Shown here one piece after another: positions 15,977 through 23,698 of a stretch of DNA of 32,000 nucleotides. Under the pieces are notes generated by a model. The model saw only the letters and a list, made by a program, of their open reading frames with translations. It was not told the DNA's origin and searched no databases. The position numbers and the translations under genes are program-made. This stretch comes from Promethearchaeota archaeon (GTDB taxonomy: Archaea > Asgardarchaeota > Hermodarchaeia > Hermodarchaeales > Hermodarchaeaceae): positions 1-32,000 of the forward strand of contig JBHLMI010000017.1 in NCBI GenBank assembly GCA_048938295.1, read 5' to 3'. Positions within the stretch are counted from its first letter, which is position 1; every line of letters begins with the position of its first letter.

Positions 15977-18043
15977 CTAGAAACTTGATATAATCGAAGA
16001 TTGTCGCCTCCTCCTCTCTCGTCCCTCTGTTTTGGTTTGAGGGATTTCGCGACTAATAAGATCCTTTTGCGCATATGCCTCATCAAATGCTGCAACAATT
16101 TCGTTTGGGTTATATTGTTGATTTGAGACTAGTGTTGCTAACGTCTCTCGAAATAGTTGTAGACACTTTCGTATAACAAGTGGCGTTATCCGCTGATACC
16201 TACAAGTCCTAGTAACTAGCGAAGTGAATAGGTCAGAGACTTTCTGTTCAAGCTGACCTGAAGATTTGTTCCATTCAAAGATTGGAGTTAATATCGCTTT
16301 TTCCGATTCAAACCGAACATCACAAATCTGAGCAACCTTTCGGATTATCCGACCCTGAACTACCTCCCTTACCATATGGACTAGTAAACCAAGAGACTGA
16401 AAACACACCTCAGGTATGTCATGATGGATTTTCCAACGTAGTAGTAATTCTTCATTGGAATTCGCATGACATGTCTGGATTCCTCTAATTCCTGCACTGA
16501 TAGCGTGAAACATCGCGGCACTATGCTCTGCGGTTTGGATTTCGCCTAAAAAAACCCAATCAGGAGAACGATGCAACAACCGAATAATTTCATTTGATTT
16601 TGTTGATTGAGTTTCTCCATATGAATCGAAGGGGTCAACTCGAAATGTTACCTTATGTCTATCCCCTTCGTCTAATGAGATACTTTCCAGAGCATCCTCA
16701 ATCGCAATCTTCCTCCAACTTGGAGGTGCCAGCAGGTTAATTGCATTAGCTAAAGTCGTTTTGCCTGTTGAAGGTTCACCACTTATTGTTATGTTTATTC
16801 GCAGCATCATACATAGAATCAGAAATGCTGCAGCTGAAAGTGAAATGGTCTCATTAGCGATTAGTTCAGGTATAGTGAGAGTTCTAATTCGGATTTTTCT
16901 GATATTCAAATGGGGGCCTTCATAAGCAAGTGGTGGAATGTCTATAGCGGCACGAACATGAAATAGATTCGTCTTTAATTCTGTCTTTAGGGAGGGGTGT
17001 TGTTCATCAAGTGGTTTTCGGCTTTCCAGGCGCAGACGAGTAATGATGTGTGATAATTCTGACTCAGAAGGTGACAGGTTAGTCTTGCATCGACCCCATA
17101 TAGCATGGTCAAGATAGTAGGGGGTTCCTGGCTTATCCAGGTAGATTTCTTGTACATCGTCATCCAAAAGTAAAGGCATAGTCTTTGTCAAATTAAGAGT
17201 CTGTGCGGTAGCATATACTGCCAGATTGTCTTGTTCGACATTGGATAACTCTTTGAAATGCGAGAAGAGGTACTGCTTGAAGTCACCGATCTTTTGATTT
17301 ATTAGGGTGTCAAGGGTTTGAAGCTTCATCTCCTCTCTGAAAAAGTTCTGCTGCTGTAAAAACAGGGTTTGTAGGATTCTTGGCGAAAGGACCTCGTCTA
17401 GAGAAATGATTACCTGGTAGTATTTTTCTAATGGTTTTCGTGAAGATTCAAGTACCCGTATTGTGAATGGTTTCAAATTATATGTATCAAGAAGGTGAAA
17501 TGGCTCTTCAGCTAGTAATGGACCGAAGTGCTTTTTCTTAGTTTTTTGGATCTTTAGATATGCTTCGAGTAAGGTTTTCAGGCTAGCTGGACTTCCCTCT
17601 CTTTGGCTGTCCCTGATAATTGATACTAATCTTGTTTTTATCAATGAGAAGAGGAACTCGTGTATTGTACGGTTTCGAGTCGTCTTGGAAATGGCTTCTA
17701 ATGTTCTGTAGGCTATAATCGGATCTGTGTATAGCTTCCTTTCAATCTCGGGATGTTCTCGATTGATTTCCGAAATATGTGCCTCGTTTTTCATAAGAGT
17801 CAAAACATACTCTTGAAGAATTTCCATTGACAATCGAGGAAGTACGATAGTGTGGGTACGGGTTATGAATCTACAGGGGAATGTGCCCTCGACAAAAGGT
17901 AAAATCTTGAGAAATTGTTGGTGACAAAAAGGGCTGGAGGAAACATCACCTTTGTCTGTTGCCTGATGTGAACAGATATCACAACTAAACAGTAGACATT
18001 TCGATGAATCCTGCTCCTCAGTCACCTGAAAAGGGCAAACCAT
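15977..18043 (-). CDS. Type IV pilus / secretion assembly ATPase (TadA/CpaF/VirB11 family)
   Basis: Walker A GEPSTGKTT, Asp box IED..E, Walker B SPDWVFLGEI, His box TCHA; EIYLD..G and RAAIDIPP..EGPHLNIRK N-terminal motifs. Confidence 0.9.
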   Translation of the reverse strand: MVCPFQVTEEQDSSKCLLFSCDICSHQATDKGDVSSSPFCHQQFLKILPFVEGTFPCRFITRTHTIVLPRLSMEILQEYVLTLMKNEAHISEINREHPEIERKLYTDPIIAYRTLEAISKTTRNRTIHEFLFSLIKTRLVSIIRDSQREGSPASLKTLLEAYLKIQKTKKKHFGPLLAEEPFHLLDTYNLKPFTIRVLESSRKPLEKYYQVIISLDEVLSPRILQTLFLQQQNFFREEMKLQTLDTLINQKIGDFKQYLFSHFKELSNVEQDNLAVYATAQTLNLTKTMPLLLDDDVQEIYLDKPGTPYYLDHAIWGRCKTNLSPSESELSHIITRLRLESRKPLDEQHPSLKTELKTNLFHVRAAIDIPPLAYEGPHLNIRKIRIRTLTIPELIANETISLSAAAFLILCMMLRINITISGEPSTGKTTLANAINLLAPPSWRKIAIEDALESISLDEGDRHKVTFRVDPFDSYGETQSTKSNEIIRLLHRSPDWVFLGEIQTAEHSAAMFHAISAGIRGIQTCHANSNEELLLRWKIHHDIPEVCFQSLGLLVHMVREVVQGRIIRKVAQICDVRFESEKAILTPIFEWNKSSGQLEQKVSDLFTSLVTRTCRYQRITPLVIRKCLQLFRETLATLVSNQQYNPNEIVAAFDEAYAQKDLISREIPQTKTEGRERRRRQSSIISSF

Positions 18044-18143
18044 AATAATCGTAAACGTAGTTCGAAGATTCCTATTTAAAGCAAGAAAAAACCGGACATA
18101 GGACTTTAAATTCCTTTTACTAAGAATAAATTCTGGGCTTGTC

Positions 18144-18539
18144 TTGAATCAGAGTTTAGAGAAAATTGTAATAATCGGGCTTAACCTTACTCTTCTCATC
18201 ACAATAGGTGTGCCTTTGCTTTTCTCAACTACCCAGGTTCTTACCCAATCTGAACAAATAATAGCATTCCAAGATTTCGTGCAAGACGTTGACCAATCGA
18301 TAATTACAGCAGATCAGGAACGCGGGGCTTTTACTAGGCTCCTTTTTGTTCCTGACAACGTGACAATTGCATCTGTGAACAATCAACTAATATTCAAAAT
18401 ATATCTAGATGATTGGCACGTCGTCACCAGAACCTATAGATGTCAAATACAACTGATTGGCTCGCTTCATTCGGGAAACCATCAACTTTCAGTTAATGCA
18501 ACTGAATCACTTATTGTAGTCGACTTCCAACCAATCTAG
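18144..18539 (+). CDS. Pilin-like protein with N-terminal membrane helix
   Basis: 131 aa from TTG. QSLEKIVIIGLNLTLLITIGVPLL resembles a pilin N-terminus but lacks the K/R-G cleavage motif; a beta-rich globular part follows. Confidence 0.5.
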   Translation: MNQSLEKIVIIGLNLTLLITIGVPLLFSTTQVLTQSEQIIAFQDFVQDVDQSIITADQERGAFTRLLFVPDNVTIASVNNQLIFKIYLDDWHVVTRTYRCQIQLIGSLHSGNHQLSVNATESLIVVDFQPI

Positions 18540-18550
18540 AAGGGAGAATC

Positions 18551-18793
18551 GTGATTATTTATCAAATACTAAAGATTGCACTCTGCTGTTGGCTTCTTCT
18601 ATTAATTGTTCAATCTGTGAGTAACGACCATTCCTGTCTTGTCCTAATTTCTGGTATGATAATAACGTCAATGCCTATCGTGCTGTTCCTTTCATGGCTT
18701 GTTGGATTGGCGGTTTTCCGTTCTACGCTACTCTTCACGATGTTTACATTGATCGTAATTATACTCCACATAGTTCAATTAGCGATGTGGTAG
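18551..18793 (+). CDS. Small hydrophobic membrane protein
   Basis: 80 aa, about three TM helices, GGGAG SD before GTG, 15-nt convergent overlap with tfb. Confidence 0.45.
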   Translation: MIIYQILKIALCCWLLLLIVQSVSNDHSCLVLISGMIITSMPIVLFLSWLVGLAVFRSTLLFTMFTLIVIILHIVQLAMW

Positions 18794-19786
18794 CATTTTG
18801 AGAATATGCGGTTTTAGCAACTTTGCATAGTGATCTCGCACACTATATTCTGCAGCATTCGTTGCCTTGGAAATCAGCCGTTGAGTAAGGACTGGTCGAC
18901 GTTTTTCCAACTTTGCAATCAGAAGATCTGAACTGTAGACGATTGCAACGGCAAAGATGAACGGATTTCTTCCTCCTCTTTCAGAAACGTCAATTCTACT
19001 GAACAACTGATTCGAATACTTGATTAAATCTACCTGGTATGCTTGAACTAAGAGACCTGCACGACGCAGTCTCAGGCGTATTGTAGGATGATTGACGGTT
19101 TGTGACACGATACGCTGCAAGTAATCCTCACTTTTTCTCTTGATAGGCGCAAGTGGTATCTTCTTCTTGACTTCCAGGGCTTGACGGATAATCGAGCGGC
19201 TCGTTACTCGATGTCCAAGCTTCTGAAAGGCTTCTGCGATTTCCTGAAGCGTAATAGGGGCGTTTTCCTTGGATTCTCGGACTGCTAGCATTAACCCATA
19301 AGCCATGAGAGTGAGATGGCTTGTGATATCGCTGTTCTCAAGCTTCTTGTCAATCTTTTGATAATAATAAGCGGCTTTGTCCTTGATGCTATTTGTTAAT
19401 GAAAGTAAATTGGCTACTCGGTTCAGGGCTCTGAGTGCTCGGTATGTTGTTTCCCGTTTAGCGATACGCAGACGTAGATTGTAATCATACTTGAGTCTTC
19501 GAAACAGTTGCTGCCTTCTTGGAGCTAAAGGTCTACCAGCTTGGTCATAGAAGAAGCGGCTGGCTTGGTAGTCAATAAAACTTCCCAGTCCACCTACCAT
19601 AACCGATCGTTTTCCCAATGCAACGTACGCTTTAGATTGCGAGGAAGAACAATCATCCTCTCTATGCATCTGGTAAGGTGAGCTAACTATCTGCCGTGCC
19701 AAAACTAGACCACAGGCTGCACATACATATTCTCCGTTAGTAAGCACTGTGTATCCCGAACATTCAGTGCATTGCAAGTTCTCCAT
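18779..19786 (-). CDS. tfb: Transcription initiation factor IIB homologue, divergent
   Basis: Zn ribbon CTEC..CAACGLV, GLGSFI linker, two cyclin repeats (LNRVANLLSLTNSIKDKAAYYY; GGRNPFIFAVAIVY..LTQRLISKAT). Confidence 0.85.
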   Translation of the reverse strand: MENLQCTECSGYTVLTNGEYVCAACGLVLARQIVSSPYQMHREDDCSSSQSKAYVALGKRSVMVGGLGSFIDYQASRFFYDQAGRPLAPRRQQLFRRLKYDYNLRLRIAKRETTYRALRALNRVANLLSLTNSIKDKAAYYYQKIDKKLENSDITSHLTLMAYGLMLAVRESKENAPITLQEIAEAFQKLGHRVTSRSIIRQALEVKKKIPLAPIKRKSEDYLQRIVSQTVNHPTIRLRLRRAGLLVQAYQVDLIKYSNQLFSRIDVSERGGRNPFIFAVAIVYSSDLLIAKLEKRRPVLTQRLISKATNAAEYSVRDHYAKLLKPHILKMLPHR

Positions 19787-20046
19787 CTAAGTATCACTTC
19801 GGGTGGCTCTGCTATCTCAAAGCGGTACAACTCTTAACCAAAATTTCGGGGAAACACGGTGTGTTCTAAGGGCGACAAAATTCGCACACACCGACTGGTT
19901 CGTAAGCTTCAACGAATGATATAACCGGAGAGACACCTAGTTGAAACTACTCGAGCTAATCAAGGCTGATGTGACTTGCACTTTTAGTTGGCGTCAATAC
20001 CGGAAAAACACCTAAATCAAATATGCCCTAATGCGACTTAACAACA

Positions 20047-20054
20047 TATAAAAA
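20047..20054 (+). promoter_or_regulatory. Candidate TATA box for lsm-tgtA
   Basis: TATAAAAA about 48 nt upstream of ATG 20102; GGAGG SD just before the ATG. Confidence 0.5.
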
Positions 20055-20101
20055 CGGATGGATAGTCACTACTCAGAAGCAGAATATCTGGAGGACCCAT
20101 T

Positions 20102-20548
20102 ATGTCACAAAGTACAGGGGCTCGACACTTTTTCAAAGAATTAGCCTCTTTGATAGGAGCTACCGTTGTAGTTAGTACCAATACCGGAAAATCTCTCACA
20201 GGAAAGATGCAGGGATATGATCCCGCCACGTTAAGCGTGATATTAGGCGAAGCTCGAGATACAAAAGGAAATCTCTTTCACCGCATTCTAATTACTGGGC
20301 ATACAATACTTGAACTTGTAAAAACTGAGGATCCTTTTGATTTGAAAGGCTTAACTGAGCAGCTTGAAGCCCTATTTCCTCCAGGAGAGGTGCGTTTTCT
20401 TGAAGACGCTCGAGTCATTGTCGTCCTTAACAAGGTTCGCGTTACCGAGCAAGGTGTAGAAGGTACAGGACCACTCGCTGACAGAATTAGAAAGGTATAC
20501 ACAAGATTTCTTGAAGAGCAGGAAGCTAAAGAACAAGGTGCTACTTAA
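20102..20548 (+). CDS. Lsm/Sm-like RNA-binding protein with C-terminal domain (SmAP3 type)
   Basis: Sm fold ELASLIGATVVV..GKSLTGKMQGYDP.TLSVIL..RILITG plus the Lsm-C extension DLKGLTEQLEALFPPGEVRF..VIVVLNKVRVTEQGVEGTGPLADRI. Confidence 0.85.
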   Translation: MSQSTGARHFFKELASLIGATVVVSTNTGKSLTGKMQGYDPATLSVILGEARDTKGNLFHRILITGHTILELVKTEDPFDLKGLTEQLEALFPPGEVRFLEDARVIVVLNKVRVTEQGVEGTGPLADRIRKVYTRFLEEQEAKEQGAT

Positions 20549-20563
20549 GAAGTCGCGTTCGCA

Positions 20564-22165
20564 ATGATTGAAATCTTTCACAAAGATTTGCTTGCCCGAA
20601 TTGCACGGTTTGACACTAAAAGTGGAGTAGTTCATACCCCCACTTTCATTCCTGTAGTCCACCCCCTAAAAGAGCTAATATCACCGCGAAAAATGTTTCA
20701 GGAATTCAACTGCCAAATAATCATCACCAATGCGTATCTACTCTCAAAGGCCAAGTGCGAAGGGAAGGTCCATGATATTCTCGATTTTCCAGGTTCCATC
20801 ATGACTGATTCGGGAGCTTACCAACTACTTACTTATGGAGATGTACAAATTACTCCCAACCAAATAATTAAGTTTCAAGAAGAAATTGAAACTGATATTG
20901 CAGTCATTTTAGATATCCCGACGGGGGGGAATGCAACTTACAGCGAAGCGGAATTCACCGTAGAAGAAACCCTGAAGCGTGCAAATAATCTGTTTTCAGA
21001 AAATCGAAAGTCCAGCATCCTATGGGTTGGTCCAATACAGGGAGGTATCTATCCTAACCTAGTTGAAAAATCAGCGCGCGTGATTAGTCAACTTGACTTT
21101 TCGGTATATGCTATTGGGAGTCCCACTCAACTAATGGAACAATACCAGTTCAATAAACTAGTTGAATTAGTGCTAACTGCGAAAAGGTATTTGCCCTCTA
21201 ACAAACCTGTTCACCTCTTCGGAGCAGGCCATCCATTGATTTTCCCTCTCATCGTAGCCTTGGGGTGTGACATGTTTGACTCTGCTGCTTATGCGTTATT
21301 CGCTCGACATGATCGCATTCTATCACCTGAGGGTACTTACCGTCTAGCAGATATTCAAGATGGGTTCTGCAACTGTGCCACCTGTTCCAGATACACAGTT
21401 TCTGAAATGAAAAAATTAGAGAAGAATTTACGTGTTCAGGTACTAGCTGAACATAATCTGCGTGTCTGCCAAGACGAGATTTTACGGATTAAACATGCAA
21501 TTCGGGAGGGCCGTCTCTGGCGTATGGTTGAAAGCCGGCTAGCAAGCCACCCCGCCTTAGTTGATGCAATGTATACCCTACAATCATATCAACCCTTTTT
21601 CGAACAATTCTCACCTGTCACAAAAAAAAGGGCACTCTACATTACTAGCCCATGGTCTCTTTATCAACCTGAAGTTTACAGACACAAAAAACGAATGGAG
21701 AACTTTTCACCCCCTGAACCTAAACGAAACACTCTTCTGCTATTTTCTGCTCCTCAGAATGGTCCCTATCATTCAACCAAAGAATATGATCGCTTCAAAA
21801 GCCAATATCAGACCCTTATACCAGAGTCATCAGAACCGTTTGACACAGTTTTTCTCTCTTCTATCTTTGGTTTAGTTCCGACTGAAATAACTAATATTTA
21901 TCCCCTTGCACAAAACTTGGTCCCGCAATCCGATCTATTCGAAATCAACTCGACGATTGTTGAACAATTAGGAGATTATCTGACCAGACAGCAACAATAC
22001 ACCCGGATAATTGGAATATTCGGAAAATCGAGTAAATGGCAGTCCTTCGCTCGAAAATGCAGACGATTGTTATCAACGCTAGGGCGAGACTTTAGGTTAT
22101 TCACCACCGATTTCAGTAAAGCGTCTTTAAAATCAATAATCTCGAGGTCTTTCCTCGAACGATAG
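20564..22165 (+). CDS. tgtA: Archaeosine tRNA-guanine transglycosylase (7-cyano-7-deazaguanine tRNA-ribosyltransferase), no PUA domain evident
   Basis: ARIARFDTKSG..HTPTFIPV, IMTDSGAYQ, GPIQGG, PVHLFGAGHP, GCDMFDSAAY, Zn site CNCATC..H. Confidence 0.92.
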   Translation: MIEIFHKDLLARIARFDTKSGVVHTPTFIPVVHPLKELISPRKMFQEFNCQIIITNAYLLSKAKCEGKVHDILDFPGSIMTDSGAYQLLTYGDVQITPNQIIKFQEEIETDIAVILDIPTGGNATYSEAEFTVEETLKRANNLFSENRKSSILWVGPIQGGIYPNLVEKSARVISQLDFSVYAIGSPTQLMEQYQFNKLVELVLTAKRYLPSNKPVHLFGAGHPLIFPLIVALGCDMFDSAAYALFARHDRILSPEGTYRLADIQDGFCNCATCSRYTVSEMKKLEKNLRVQVLAEHNLRVCQDEILRIKHAIREGRLWRMVESRLASHPALVDAMYTLQSYQPFFEQFSPVTKKRALYITSPWSLYQPEVYRHKKRMENFSPPEPKRNTLLLFSAPQNGPYHSTKEYDRFKSQYQTLIPESSEPFDTVFLSSIFGLVPTEITNIYPLAQNLVPQSDLFEINSTIVEQLGDYLTRQQQYTRIIGIFGKSSKWQSFARKCRRLLSTLGRDFRLFTTDFSKASLKSIISRSFLER

Positions 22166-22195
22166 CTCTGGGCTCTCAATGAATGAAATAAGAAA

Positions 22196-22302
22196 TGGTG
22201 CCGCGTCGGGGATTTTCTCCTAACGGAATTACCGAAAAGGATTCGAACCCCGGTCCTAAGGGCGAGAGCCTCAGATGATTGACCTGACTACACTAACGCG
22301 GC
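22196..22302 (-). tRNA. tRNA-Glu(CTC) with a 29-nt intron in the T loop (59/60); CCA encoded
   Basis: Acceptor GCCGCGT/ACGCGGC, anticodon arm TGAGG-CTCTCGC-CCTTA, T stem CGGGG/CCCCG interrupted by the insert 22213-22241. Confidence 0.92.
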
Positions 22303-22329
22303 TGTAAAGAAAGGGGTTCATCCATCGGT

Positions 22330-22343
22330 TTTTTAAACTTTCG
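22330..22343 (-). promoter_or_regulatory. BRE/TATA promoter of tRNA-Glu
   Basis: CGAAAG-TTTAAAAA on the minus strand, about 28 nt upstream of G1. Confidence 0.65.
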
Positions 22344-22446
22344 AACGAGGTTTGTGAGAACTGATAACTACTCTTTCAAACCTACAAAATCCTAATAGCC
22401 TACTAAAAGTAACGCGATACATCACCTGCAAAAGGAGGAAAACGCC

Positions 22447-22656
22447 TTGGGTAAAGTAAGAACGGTTTTAGTAAAGCGCCTATCAAGAGAGCTCGTAGAG
22501 CGCTATCCTGATAGCTTCTCAACTGAATTTGACCAAAATAAAGAAGTCCTTGACGAGCTGCTTACCAATACAACCAAACGTCTTCGAAATCGGATCGCCG
22601 GTTACATAACACGCTTAATGATTATTCGTAAAGATGAAGATGTGATTATAGCGTGA
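22447..22656 (+). CDS. rps17e: 30S ribosomal protein eS17
   Basis: MGKVRT..VKR.SRELVERYPD.FSTEFDQNK..TKRLRNRIAGYITRL; AGGAGG SD with TTG start. Confidence 0.95.
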   Translation: MGKVRTVLVKRLSRELVERYPDSFSTEFDQNKEVLDELLTNTTKRLRNRIAGYITRLMIIRKDEDVIIA

Positions 22657-22708
22657 ATTTCTTTTAGAATTGTAGAAGTGATTTTACTCTCAAAATAGTG
22701 AGACGAAC

Positions 22709-23584
22709 TTGGAGTCTAAGCTAATGGGAACCATTATCGATGCCCCGAAACTACGAATGGAAATCAAGTTCGCTTCAGTCGAATCCCTGTTCACTCATGA
22801 AGAAACAATCCCATCTGCACTTGAAACTCTACAACAAGAAATTCTAGAGGAACAGCTCCTTAAGCATCCAATAATTGTTGATAAAGAAACTTGTGTTGTC
22901 TTAGACGGCATGCACAGAGTGGCTGCTTTGAAGAGTTTAGGGTGCACAATTATTCCGGTCTGTTTTGTTGACTATACTAATCCCGCTATTGAATTATTCG
23001 CGTGGTATCGGGAATTTGATGGTAATCAACCGTTCACCGAATTACTCACCGAAATTAGCTCCAGGGAAGACTTAGAAAAGTTTCTCACATCGCCACAAAA
23101 AGCAAATGAGATAGTAAAACGGCGTGAAGCCATGGCGGCCCTAGCTCATAAGGGTACTGCCTTTCTACTTAAATCAAAATCTCCGCTAACGATTAAACAA
23201 ATCTACGATACGATTGCTGAAATAGAACATATTGCTACACAGAATGGATATGACGTCTTTTATAGCACAGAAGCAGATGCACTAGAAGGGTTACGCTCTA
23301 AAGCTCACTCTGTGCTAATCGTTCCCTCATTAACCAAAAGTGAAGTAACTGAAGGTGCACTCAAACAACAGCTCTTTGCCCATAAAACTACACGGCATGT
23401 TGTACCGGCTCGACCCCTCTTCACTAATGTTCCTCTTTCTTGGTTAAAAGCAACTGACCTAAGGAAGGCAAATCGACGGTTATTTTTGCACTTACAAAGT
23501 AAGCAGATAATAACCAAAAATCCAGGAGCCATTATTGATGGTCGTCGATACGAAGAGTGTGCATACCTATTTACCGACTCATGA
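22709..23584 (+). CDS. serK: ParB/Srx-fold kinase, SerK-like (ADP-dependent free serine kinase family)
   Basis: THEE, HPIIVD, VLDGMHR, VDY..WY, TKSEV and FAHKTTRHVVP follow the order of the Thermococcus SerK motifs as recalled. Confidence 0.7.
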   Translation: MESKLMGTIIDAPKLRMEIKFASVESLFTHEETIPSALETLQQEILEEQLLKHPIIVDKETCVVLDGMHRVAALKSLGCTIIPVCFVDYTNPAIELFAWYREFDGNQPFTELLTEISSREDLEKFLTSPQKANEIVKRREAMAALAHKGTAFLLKSKSPLTIKQIYDTIAEIEHIATQNGYDVFYSTEADALEGLRSKAHSVLIVPSLTKSEVTEGALKQQLFAHKTTRHVVPARPLFTNVPLSWLKATDLRKANRRLFLHLQSKQIITKNPGAIIDGRRYEECAYLFTDS

Positions 23585-23698
23585 AAGGGACCCCTTTACC
23601 GATTCTGATGACTTCATATTACTGAAATGGGCAATTATGCATGATAAGAGAAATTTACGACCTTATTTACTATTTACTACTCTAACTTTTGATAATCG

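Noticed and set aside
23605-23660. C/D box sRNA-like pattern (CTGATGA, 10 nt, CTGA, then ATGATAA)
   Set aside because: No terminal D box follows, so the guide architecture is incomplete.
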